Below, in pieces: positions 31,461 to 40,429 of a stretch of DNA of 64,000 nt. A program made the position numbers and the translations under genes. The stretch is from assembly GCA_963798915.1 (NCBI GenBank), contig CAWCVB010000005.1, forward strand, positions 185,291 to 249,290, given 5' to 3'. Under the pieces are notes generated by a model. That model was given only the letters and a program-made list of their open reading frames with translations. It was not told the origin of the DNA and searched no databases. Numbering within the stretch: position 1 is the first letter of the stretch; each line of letters opens with the position of its first letter. This DNA is from an uncultured Gemmatimonadales bacterium (GTDB lineage: Bacteria; Gemmatimonadota; Gemmatimonadetes; Gemmatimonadales; GWC2-71-9).

Positions 31461-31676
31461 TCAGCATGGTTCCGGGTCGGGCTCCGGTCCGATGGGCTGG
31501 TCGTCGACTTCGCGTCGCGCCAGCAACACATCCAGCGCCTCACCCAGTCCGAAGCCGGCCAGACGGTGGGCAAAGCGCGAGAGCTCCTCGTTCAGGTCCG
31601 CCGACTGGGCGGGGTCCTGGCCGGGATCCTCGGATTGCTTCGTCGAATTTCGTGCCGCAGAATCGGATTCAGTCAT
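31461..31676 (-). CDS. Small acidic hypothetical protein (71 aa)
   Basis: GGAG RBS-like sequence, ATG, central helix LNEELSRFAHRLAGFGLGEALDVLLARR; fills the gap ahead of the export operon. Confidence 0.5.
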   Translation of the reverse strand: MTESDSAARNSTKQSEDPGQDPAQSADLNEELSRFAHRLAGFGLGEALDVLLARREVDDQPIGPEPDPEPC

Positions 31677-32052
31677 GCTCTGCCTGTCTCCCGGTGGCCG
31701 CTCAGGGGTGACGGCCGACGCCAGTTCTACTTCAAGGATGACGCCGCGGATTGCCGGGGTGCGCTGGAGCGCCACACCTTCCACAAGATGCAAGGTAAAT
31801 CATTGTGACAGCATTGTTTACGGCAGGAGATCGGCCCGGCGGCACCGGCCAGGCCGGTCGCAGCAGCGTTGACTTGGGGCCACACGTGAAGCATCCTTAC
31901 CCCACCCGGAAAAACTCTGAGATCAGGCGTGGCGCGCCAACTGTTGCGCGGACTCCCCTGTGCCGCAGTCGGCCGGCTGGTGGCAAATTGCCAAGTTGTT
32001 GCCTTGCAGGGCGTTGCGGAAAAATGACAAGCCCGCACGACTCCTGCGGTAC

Positions 32053-32068
32053 AGGAACCGCCGTTGCT
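32053..32068 (+). promoter_or_regulatory. Probable sigma-54 promoter of the REC/GGDEF-like gene
   Basis: AGGAACCGCCGTTGCT has GG-N10-GC spacing and a TTGCT box, 60 nt before the ATG. Confidence 0.5.
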
Positions 32069-32127
32069 GCCTCATTGGGTAGCGTCATGCGGATCGCCCC
32101 CTCGCCCTTCGCCCTGCACGAGGAGCC

Positions 32128-33060
32128 ATGGCCCGACGTGAGCCTGCCGAAGTGCTGCCGCTGGTGCTCATCGCCAACGATCAGGAATGGTCGGCGCGCT
32201 CGCTGGAGAGCATCCTCGCGCCCAACGGTTACGCCGTGGCTCGCGCCCATACGGGACGTCAGGCCATGGACCGGGCCCGCCAGGAATTGCCGGACCTTAT
32301 TATCCTCGACGCGCAAATGCCTGACATGCATGGCTTCGATGTCTGCCGCATGCTGCGCGACGACCCGCGATTTGGCCCCAGCACCCCGATACTGATCACT
32401 ACGGCCGGCCCATCGGGGCGAGCCCAGCGGCTGGAGGCATACCGGGCCGGTGCGTGGGAGTTCCTGGGTCAGCCGGTGGATGGCGAGGCCTTGCTGCTCA
32501 AGCTGCGGACCTTCATCCAGGCCAAGGTGGCCACCGATGCGCTACGGGATGAATCCCTGCTCGATAGCGCCTCGGGGTTCTACAACATGCGGGGTTTGGC
32601 GCGCCGGGCACGCGAAATCGGCTCCGAGGCGCAGCGACGTCACCAGCCCCTCGCTGCGGTCGTCTTTGCCTCCGACTCGGACCTGGGTGGGGAACTCTCC
32701 GACGAAGACGAAGAACACCTGGCCGAGCATGTCGGTCAGGTGTTTCGGCAGGCAGGCCGCGTCTCCGATGCGATTGGCCGTCTCGGAGCCAACGAATTCG
32801 GCGTGATCGCGCCGGCCACGTCTCCCGAGGCGGCGTTGAAGATGGTCAATCGCCTCGGTAGCTCATTCGACGGCACGTCAGTCGAGCTTGGAGGCACGCC
32901 GCGTCAGCTCCGGCTGCAGGCCGGTTATAGCGCAGTGGAGGATTTCGCCTCGTCCGAAGCCGATGCCGTCGAGCTGCTGCTGCGCGCCACGACCGCGCTC
33001 CGTGATCTGCGGAAGCAGGGAAGCTCCGAGCGGGTGCGGGCTTTCCAGAACCAGAACTGA
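32128..33060 (+). CDS. Response regulator receiver fused to a degenerate GGDEF domain
   Basis: REC (PDLIILDAQMPDMHG); D..SGFYN.RG entry motif; active-site motif reads RLGANEF instead of RxGGDEF. Confidence 0.85.
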   Translation: MARREPAEVLPLVLIANDQEWSARSLESILAPNGYAVARAHTGRQAMDRARQELPDLIILDAQMPDMHGFDVCRMLRDDPRFGPSTPILITTAGPSGRAQRLEAYRAGAWEFLGQPVDGEALLLKLRTFIQAKVATDALRDESLLDSASGFYNMRGLARRAREIGSEAQRRHQPLAAVVFASDSDLGGELSDEDEEHLAEHVGQVFRQAGRVSDAIGRLGANEFGVIAPATSPEAALKMVNRLGSSFDGTSVELGGTPRQLRLQAGYSAVEDFASSEADAVELLLRATTALRDLRKQGSSERVRAFQNQN

Positions 33061-33096
33061 GCACGCCGACTCTCCCGGACGGATCCACGAGATGCC

Positions 33097-33129
33097 AAAG
33101 GCACGAAGGAAACTCCTTCGTGCCTTTTT
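33097..33129. terminator. Bidirectional rho-independent terminator
   Basis: AAAGGCACGAAGGA-aac-TCCTTCGTGCCTTTTT between convergent genes. Confidence 0.88.
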
Positions 33130-33160
33130 GCGCATCTGGCTTTGGCCTGTGCGGCTCGGA

Positions 33161-35542
33161 TCAGCCGGCTGACGCGATCTGCGCCGGCTCCTCGTCTGCA
33201 GTGTACCCATAGACATAGCGATAGTACTTGTACGCGGTCTCCGCGGTGTTCACGCTGTTGAGCACCGCACCCAGCAGGCGGATGGGAAGGCGATCCATCA
33301 ACCGCAGCTGGCTTTCGGCCATCTCGCGCTCGGTCTCACCCGAGCGGAGCACCAGCAGCATGTTGCCGGTGGCGGTACCGAGCACGAACGGATCGATGCC
33401 GGCCCCAAGCGGCGGGCTGTCGATGATGATCACGTTGAAGCGACCCTTGAGCGCGGCCATCGCGTCACGCATGGCGCCCGAGCCCAGGAGCTCCGGCCCG
33501 TGGTGATGGCGCGTTCCACAGGCGACGACCGAGAGATTCTGGTGTGATGTGGCCCGCAGCACGTCGTCGAGCGCCGCCTGTCCGGACAGATGATCCAGCA
33601 GGCCCGGCCGGCGATCAAGGTTGAACATGCGGTGCAATTCGCCCCGCCGGATGTCGCCGTCAATCAACAGGGTGCGATAGCCAGCCTCCGCAAACGAGAG
33701 CGCCAGGTTCGAGGAGACCAGCGATTTTCCATCGCCAGGGCTGGGGCTCGAGACCGTGAGCATGACCGGCCCTGCCGCCCCATAGGCGTGGGCAATGTTC
33801 ATGCGAATGGTTCGGAACGCCTCCACCACCTGCGCCAGTTCTTCGGGCGATTGCTCGCCCCGCAGTTGCTTCATGGCAGGGACGGCGCCCAGAATGCTGA
33901 GCCCCAGCTCCCGGGTGACCTGCTCCGGATAGCGGAAACGCTTGTCCAGACGATCGAGCAGCACGGCGAGACCCAGGGCCACACCAAGGCTGATGGCAAA
34001 CGCTGCCAGCACCAGGACGACCGCGCTGTTGCTGGAGGGGCGCTGCGGCGGCACCGCGGGATCGAGCACCTGCACGTCCGGGGTCGAACTCGCCTCGTCC
34101 AGGCGTGCCTGCTGGTATTGCAGCTTGATGTTGGCGAACATCTGCGAAAGGATGTCTCGTTCGCGAGTCAGCTGCTGTTCCGTGATCATGCGGCCGGGAA
34201 TCTGGCGGATTTCGGCGCCCGCCTCGTTCACCTGGCTCGACAGCGCCATCGCCTGCGCCTTCAACGCGTTCGACAATGCATTGATGTAAGTGGGCACAAC
34301 CTGCCGCCGCAGCGTGTCCACCCTGGCCTGGGCCTCCTGCACATTGGGCGACTGGGGTGTGTAGCGAAAATTGAGCGCCTCCAGTTCCTGCTCAGCCGCA
34401 CCCAGCGACTTGAGCGACTGGTTCAAATCGGGCGCGTTGAGCACCGACGGAATGGTTTGCAGCTCGTCGGTGATCTTCTCCCCGTTGCGCGCCTTCTGCA
34501 TGGCTTCATTGAGGCGCTGCTGGTCGCGATGGATCTGGTCCAGGAGCACCCGTTTCTGGAAATAGTCGGTCATCACCGTGTTCTGGGTGATACCGGTGGC
34601 AGGGGAGACCGCCGTGCCCTCGCTCGGCTTGGTGATCGTCGCCGCCTTGTAGCTTTCCAGCCGGCCATCCGCTTCCTTGAGCTGGTCGCCCACGGCGCTG
34701 AGCTGCTCCTCGAGCGACTTGGCCTGCGCGGTGATCTGCCTGTTCTTGAGGTCGCCCGCCACCTTCACGAATTGGGTATCGACGAGGTTCAAGGTCCGGG
34801 TGAGCCGGGCCGGATCATTGCCCGAGAGGCTGACGCGGAGGAAGCTGCCCTCCTGGGCCAGGTTGGAGACCAGGTCCATGGCCAGCGCCTTGGACGCGTC
34901 GCGAGGTGTGACCAGTGAAAACTGGATCTTGCGGCCCCTGCCCAGAAGGGCAGGTGATGGCGTCCAGCGCATGCCCAGCTTCTGGCCGATCGGCTGACCC
35001 GCCCGCCCGGTTTCCAGCGTTATGCCCGCCTTGTCGCGCAACGCGTAGTTCTTGCCGTTGGGACTCAGCTCCAGCACATACTCGCCCGGCCGCCAGGGCC
35101 ACTGGCCCTCGAAACTCTTGAACAGGGTGGTGTCGTCCACGCTCTTGGGCTCGAGATACAGCTTTTCCTTCACGACCACGGTGTCGAGCACCACGTTGGT
35201 CGTGAGCAGTTCCACCCAGTTCTGGCCCTCAATAATGCCCTTCTCCTTGCCTTGGCTCCGGGCCTGCCCCTCGGCGCTCCGGATCCAGATGGTGGAGGTG
35301 ACGTTATAGACGGGCTTGATGAAGTGGGTGGCGAGGAGGCCGATTCCGGTGCCAGCCACGACGATTGCAACGATGAGCCAGCGGAAGCGACGGATAGCGG
35401 AGAAGACGCGGCCAATGGAGAGCCCGCTACCCGAGTCGGGGTCGGCCAGGGCTGACGCCGGGTCGTAGGCGGCAGGCGGGGCGGGCTGCTGGTATTGGGT
35501 CAGCCCCTCGTTGGAGCCGGGAGGAAGCATGTTGCCAGCCAT
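33161..35542 (-). CDS. wzc: Polysaccharide co-polymerase / BY-kinase (Wzc-like)
   Basis: Two TMs around a coiled-coil, EAFRTIR, PGDGKS, IDGDIRR, IIDSPP, C-terminal Tyr cluster YKYYRYVYGY. Confidence 0.92.
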   Translation of the reverse strand: MAGNMLPPGSNEGLTQYQQPAPPAAYDPASALADPDSGSGLSIGRVFSAIRRFRWLIVAIVVAGTGIGLLATHFIKPVYNVTSTIWIRSAEGQARSQGKEKGIIEGQNWVELLTTNVVLDTVVVKEKLYLEPKSVDDTTLFKSFEGQWPWRPGEYVLELSPNGKNYALRDKAGITLETGRAGQPIGQKLGMRWTPSPALLGRGRKIQFSLVTPRDASKALAMDLVSNLAQEGSFLRVSLSGNDPARLTRTLNLVDTQFVKVAGDLKNRQITAQAKSLEEQLSAVGDQLKEADGRLESYKAATITKPSEGTAVSPATGITQNTVMTDYFQKRVLLDQIHRDQQRLNEAMQKARNGEKITDELQTIPSVLNAPDLNQSLKSLGAAEQELEALNFRYTPQSPNVQEAQARVDTLRRQVVPTYINALSNALKAQAMALSSQVNEAGAEIRQIPGRMITEQQLTRERDILSQMFANIKLQYQQARLDEASSTPDVQVLDPAVPPQRPSSNSAVVLVLAAFAISLGVALGLAVLLDRLDKRFRYPEQVTRELGLSILGAVPAMKQLRGEQSPEELAQVVEAFRTIRMNIAHAYGAAGPVMLTVSSPSPGDGKSLVSSNLALSFAEAGYRTLLIDGDIRRGELHRMFNLDRRPGLLDHLSGQAALDDVLRATSHQNLSVVACGTRHHHGPELLGSGAMRDAMAALKGRFNVIIIDSPPLGAGIDPFVLGTATGNMLLVLRSGETEREMAESQLRLMDRLPIRLLGAVLNSVNTAETAYKYYRYVYGYTADEEPAQIASAG

Positions 35543-35872
35543 AGTTGCAAGACTCCACGGTGACCGGGGGGCAGCCGGGCCCGGTTGGCCCTGCCGCGAC
35601 ACCCCTCCCCCACGCAAACTGAATACCGCGGGATGGCTTTGGGCAACCCGTTGCGGTAGCGCGGTACCGCGTGGACTTAGGTTTGCATGGCTGATGCGCC
35701 GGGTAGGCGACTCACTGCCGGACCCAGCTTGACTGTTGCAATAAAGCTACAAGAGTGGCAGCTTGACGCAACAATAAACCGTTGCATAGTTGTGACACAT
35801 CCGTTGGCTTGGTTCCATCGCCTGTGGTGAGAATGTGACTCCTGAGCCGCGGAGTCCGCCGAGGAGAGTCCC

Positions 35873-37399
35873 ATGAGCAGTTCGCTGGCGTTCAGCACGC
35901 CGCCGTCCGACAACTCCAGCGCCGCTGATCCGGCGCGCGATCCGCTGTCGATCCCGCCGGAAGTGAAGGCAAGCATCCGGGTCCTGGTGGTGGACGACGA
36001 GCGCACCCTACGCGAGAGCTGCGCAAGCGTGCTGCAGATGGACGGCTTCAACGTGACCGTCATCGGCCGGGGCGAGGAGGCGCTGGACACCGTCCGGCGG
36101 CGCAAGTTCGACATCATCCTGGTTGACTTGTACATGTCCCAGGTCTCGGGCCTCGAAATCCTGCGGGCCGCCATGGAAGCGCACCGGGATACCATCGTCG
36201 TCGTAATGACGGGCAATCCGAGCGTGACCAGCAGCATCGAAGCGCTCCGTGCCGGCGCCTGGGACTACCTGCCCAAGCCGTTCTCGGCCACCCACCTGCA
36301 AGTGCTCGTCGGGCGGGCTTCGCACGCGGTCATGGTGGGCCGGGAAGCCCAGGACCTGCGACTCCAACTGCAGCAGCAGCACGGGCACAGCGACAAGATC
36401 GCGCTCATCGGCATCTCGCCGTCCTTCCGGAAGGCGGTCGAGCTGGCCCGGAAGGTCGCAGCCACCGATGCGTCGGTGCTCATCAGTGGCGAGAGCGGCA
36501 CGGGCAAGGAAGTCATTGCCCAGTTCATCCAGCAGAACAGTCGCAGGGCCAGTCGTCCGCTGGTCCCGATCAACTGCGCGGCGCTTCCCGAGCCACTGCT
36601 CGAAAGCGAGATGTTCGGCCATCGCAAGGGCGCGTTCACGGGCGCGGACCGGGACAAGCCCGGTCTGCTCGAGACCGCGAACGGCGGGACGCTCTTCCTC
36701 GACGAATTGACGGAAATGACTTTGGCGCTCCAGGCCAAGCTGCTGCGCGTGATTCAGGATGGCGTGGTGCGCCGGGTGGGATCCGAGACCCAGGATGCCG
36801 TGGTGGACGTACGTTTCATCTCCGCCACCAATCGCGATCCGCAGGAGGCGGTGGACCAGGGCATTCTTCGCAGCGACCTGTTTTACCGGTTGCGTGTGGT
36901 GCCGATCAAGCTGCCCCCGCTGCGGAAACGCCTCGAGGATATCCCGCTGCTCGCCAACCATTTCCTCACGATCTTCTGGCAGCGCCATCGGCAGATGGGC
37001 GATCGCATGCCGAAGCTCAGCGAGGAAAGCATCGCCTTCCTGCGTTCGCGACAGTGGCGCGGCAACGTCCGCGAGCTGCAGAACGTGATCGAGCACGTGG
37101 CCGTGCTGGCCGAACCCGACCAGCTCATCCAGCCCAGCGAAATCCCGATCTACGACGATCCGGGCGACTGGCCCTCGGAGTCGGCCGGCTCCTCGGCCAC
37201 GCTGCTGAATGAGGCCTATCATCCCGCCAAGGAAAAGGTGATTGCCCAGTTCGAACGGGAGTATCTTACCAGGCTGGTGGGGCGCGCCGGCGGCAACATG
37301 TCCAAGGCGGCACGCTTGGCCAGCATCGATCGTACGACGCTGTACCGGTTGATGGACAAGCACGACTTTCAACGATCCGAGACCACATCGGAAGAGTGA
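35873..37399 (+). CDS. Sigma-54-dependent response regulator (NtrC family: REC-AAA+-Fis HTH)
   Basis: VVDDE, GESGTGKE, GAFTGA, FLDE, WRGNVREL, AARLASIDRTTLYR. Confidence 0.95.
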   Translation: MSSSLAFSTPPSDNSSAADPARDPLSIPPEVKASIRVLVVDDERTLRESCASVLQMDGFNVTVIGRGEEALDTVRRRKFDIILVDLYMSQVSGLEILRAAMEAHRDTIVVVMTGNPSVTSSIEALRAGAWDYLPKPFSATHLQVLVGRASHAVMVGREAQDLRLQLQQQHGHSDKIALIGISPSFRKAVELARKVAATDASVLISGESGTGKEVIAQFIQQNSRRASRPLVPINCAALPEPLLESEMFGHRKGAFTGADRDKPGLLETANGGTLFLDELTEMTLALQAKLLRVIQDGVVRRVGSETQDAVVDVRFISATNRDPQEAVDQGILRSDLFYRLRVVPIKLPPLRKRLEDIPLLANHFLTIFWQRHRQMGDRMPKLSEESIAFLRSRQWRGNVRELQNVIEHVAVLAEPDQLIQPSEIPIYDDPGDWPSESAGSSATLLNEAYHPAKEKVIAQFEREYLTRLVGRAGGNMSKAARLASIDRTTLYRLMDKHDFQRSETTSEE

Positions 37400-38571
37400 G
37401 CGTGGATATCGCGCATCCGACCAGCGGTGAACGGCGGCGAAGCGCCGCACCGCACCCCACAGAAGCTGCAGCGCCAGTGTGGGATGGGGATGGCACCCTC
37501 GACGGTACCATCGCGCCATCGCTCTGGGCAGCGTTGCGGCGTGCGGTGGAGCGCGTGGGCCGCGACTGGGAGCAGGTCGTCGAGCACGCAGTCTCGCCCG
37601 ATGAGGCCGCCCGGCACCTTGCCGTAGTCACGACGGCGATCCGCGCCGCGGTCGGCGGCCAAGTGCCCAACCTGCAAAGCGTCGGGCGCTCGCAGCTGGC
37701 CCGACGGCAACTGCGCCTCGTGCGGGAAGCCTTCATCCGGGAAGCCGCCACTTCATCGCCCAGTCCGGAAGTTCCACAGCTGCTTCGGCTGATGGACGCG
37801 ATGGAGCGGGTCGGTTCGGCGCTGGAGCCCGACTGGGCACAGCACCTCTCGGACCGGCTGTCGGGCCCCGATGGCCTCGAACTGGTGGTCGAGGTCGCCC
37901 ACGACATCCGCTCGCCATTGACCTCCATCCTCTTTCTGGCCGAGACGCTGCAACGTGGCCGCAGCGGACCAGTCAACGAGGTGCAGGAACGACAGCTCGG
38001 GCTGATCTACAGCGCCGCCTTTGGCCTTTCCTCCATGGCAAGCGACGTGATCGAACTGGCCCGTGGCGGCGACCGGCTGGTGGACCTCGACCCGATCCCG
38101 TTCTCGGTGGTCGATATCCTGGACTCGGTCCGTGATATCGTGCTGCCCATTGCAGAGGAGAAGGGGCTGGAAGTCCGGCTGGCCGGGCCGCGCCAGGATT
38201 TTCGGGTTGGCCATCCCGTGGCATTGAGCCGGGTTTTGCTCAACCTGACGACCAACGCCCTCAAGTTCACCAACGAAGGCCGGGTCGAGGTGACCGGACG
38301 TGACCTCGACGGTGACGCAGTGCAGTTTGTCGTCCATGACACGGGCCGCGGCATCCCGCCCCAGCGCATGGCCACCCTGTTCGAGCCATTCCGCCGACGC
38401 CAGCGCGAAGGCGAGTACGCCTTCTCGGGCTCCGGCTTGGGTCTCAGCATCTGCCGCAAATTGGTGGAGGCCATGGGCGCCGAGCTCGAGGTGGAAACCG
38501 AGCAGGAACGGGGCACCAGCTTTCGCTTCACCCTGCCGCTTCCAGTCGCGGGGCAGGGCCTGGTCGGCTGA
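37396..38571 (+). CDS. Soluble sensor histidine kinase (HisKA + HATPase_c)
   Basis: AHDIRSPLT H-box, NLTTNALKFT, DTGRGI, GSGLGL; no TM segment; overlaps the regulator stop. Confidence 0.92.
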   Translation: MSVDIAHPTSGERRRSAAPHPTEAAAPVWDGDGTLDGTIAPSLWAALRRAVERVGRDWEQVVEHAVSPDEAARHLAVVTTAIRAAVGGQVPNLQSVGRSQLARRQLRLVREAFIREAATSSPSPEVPQLLRLMDAMERVGSALEPDWAQHLSDRLSGPDGLELVVEVAHDIRSPLTSILFLAETLQRGRSGPVNEVQERQLGLIYSAAFGLSSMASDVIELARGGDRLVDLDPIPFSVVDILDSVRDIVLPIAEEKGLEVRLAGPRQDFRVGHPVALSRVLLNLTTNALKFTNEGRVEVTGRDLDGDAVQFVVHDTGRGIPPQRMATLFEPFRRRQREGEYAFSGSGLGLSICRKLVEAMGAELEVETEQERGTSFRFTLPLPVAGQGLVG

Positions 38572-38818
38572 TACGCCCTGTCCATTCAGACGGCCTCCCT
38601 CTACATTTCTGCGGCTCTCCGACAATCGGGGGGCGCTGCTCTCCCATGCATGTTCTGCGGCGGGCCGATCGCGACGGGGCGCTCTGGTGTGTCCCCACGC
38701 GTGCGACCGCTCGCCGCTGACCGCTCCGGAGACGGCCACGAATCACGCGCCGGCGACCGGACCCATTCCCGTTGAAGGGGATGAGGCTCGAGCCAGCCGG
38801 CCCTGACCTGCGACCGTC

Positions 38819-40429
38819 GTGAATTACTCACACTTGCGTCCCGGCCGTTCGGCCGAACTCGCGCCACATGCTCCGCATGCGGCCCTCCTCATCGACTTCG
38901 ACAACGTCACCCTGGGCATTCGCTCCGACCTGACCAAGGAGCTGAAGAACCTCCTCAACAGCGATATCATCAAGGGCAAGGTGGCGGTGCAGCGTGCCTA
39001 TGCCGACTGGCGCCGGTACCCGCAGTACATCGTCCCGCTGTCCGAATCCTCGATCGACCTGATTTTTGCCCCTGCCTTTGGCACCACCAAGAAGAACGCC
39101 ACCGACATCCGCCTGGCCATCGACGCGGTCGAGCTGGTCTTCACCCGGCCGGAGATCGGCACGTTCATCGTGATGTCGGGCGACAGCGACTTTTCGGCGA
39201 TGGTGATCAAGCTCAAGGAGTACGGCAAGTACGTTGTCGGCGTGGGCATCCGCGAGTCGGCCAGCGACCTGCTGATCCAGAACTGCGACGAGTACTTCTC
39301 CTACACTGACCTCGCCGGGCTGACCAAGGAAGGCGAGACGCCCTCGATCCAGCACGATCCATGGGAGCTCGTTTCCGACGCCGTGGCGCGCATGTCCCAA
39401 CAGGGCGACGTGATGCGCAGCGATCGCCTGAAGCAGGTCATGCAGCAGATCGATCCCAACTTCGACGAAAGCAACGCCGGGTTCAATCGCTTCAGCAAGT
39501 TTGTCACCGAAGCCGCCAACCGCGGCCTGCTCCAGCTCACCAAGCTGGAAAACGGTCAGTACGAGATCAGTCTGGGCGGCACTGCAGCCCCCAAGGCGAG
39601 TCGGACCGCCAGCCGGGGAGCGGCGGCGGCCTCTCGCCCGGCCGAGCCGGCGCGCGAGGAACGCACCGGCTCGCGTCGGCGTGGCCGTCGTGGCCGGGGC
39701 CGTGAGCGCGAGGCCGCACCCGCGGCTGACGTCGGTGCCCCGCCTGCGGCCCCGCGCACTGGGGGCGGCCTCACGCTGGCACGGGCGTTCGAGTTGATGA
39801 CCGAAGCCCTCGGCGAGTTCCGCGGACCAATCGGTCACGAGCAGTTGCGCTCCAGAATGGCGGCCATGTTTGGCAAGGAAGACGAGTTGCTCGATGCCGA
39901 GCGTTTCCCGCGGCTGCTGCGACAGGCCAACGATGCCGAGATCGCCGATGTCCGATCCGCCGGAGATGACGATTTCGAGATCAGCCTGCACCGGCGCCCA
40001 TCGTACCGGTCGGCGGAGCCGGCAGCGAGCGCCCCAGTTGCCGAGGGCGCTGCGCCTGAGGCCGCGGTGACGGAGCCGGCGGCGCCGGCCGCTCGGCGGG
40101 GTGTACGGTTCCGCCGCGGATCCCGAGCGCCAAGTCGTCCGGCGGAAGTCCCGCTGATCGGCGTCGTGAAGGTGGTGGAGGAACCCGCCGCGCCCGCCGA
40201 GCCGGCCAAGTCCGCGACTGCGGCCGGGCCGGCCAAGCCCCGACGGACCCGCAAGCGTTCGACGTCTGCCAAGGCCGGCAAGTCAACCAAGGCCAGCAAG
40301 GCCGCCAAAGCGGAGCCGCCAGCGAAAGGCGAAGAAACCAAGCCAGCGCCACGCAAGCGAACCCGATCGCGGGCAAAGAAGGCCACCACGCCCAAGGCCG
40401 GCGCCGGCAGCGACGGAGCGGCCCAATGA
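38819..40429 (+). CDS. NYN (LabA/DUF88) domain protein with OST-HTH/LOTUS-like domains and a basic disordered tail
   Basis: LLIDFDNV, RAYADW, KNATDIRLAID, SGDSDF, CDEYF; DPNFDE..GF.RFSKF (OST-HTH); K/R/A/P-rich C-terminus. Confidence 0.9.
   Translation: MNYSHLRPGRSAELAPHAPHAALLIDFDNVTLGIRSDLTKELKNLLNSDIIKGKVAVQRAYADWRRYPQYIVPLSESSIDLIFAPAFGTTKKNATDIRLAIDAVELVFTRPEIGTFIVMSGDSDFSAMVIKLKEYGKYVVGVGIRESASDLLIQNCDEYFSYTDLAGLTKEGETPSIQHDPWELVSDAVARMSQQGDVMRSDRLKQVMQQIDPNFDESNAGFNRFSKFVTEAANRGLLQLTKLENGQYEISLGGTAAPKASRTASRGAAAASRPAEPAREERTGSRRRGRRGRGREREAAPAADVGAPPAAPRTGGGLTLARAFELMTEALGEFRGPIGHEQLRSRMAAMFGKEDELLDAERFPRLLRQANDAEIADVRSAGDDDFEISLHRRPSYRSAEPAASAPVAEGAAPEAAVTEPAAPAARRGVRFRRGSRAPSRPAEVPLIGVVKVVEEPAAPAEPAKSATAAGPAKPRRTRKRSTSAKAGKSTKASKAAKAEPPAKGEETKPAPRKRTRSRAKKATTPKAGAGSDGAAQ

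Noticed and set aside
31981..31993. Palindrome TGGCAAATTGCCA in the divergent promoter region
   Set aside because: Single short occurrence that cannot be assigned to a factor.
36008..37519. 503-aa minus-strand ORF
   Set aside because: Antisense to the clear sigma-54 regulator.
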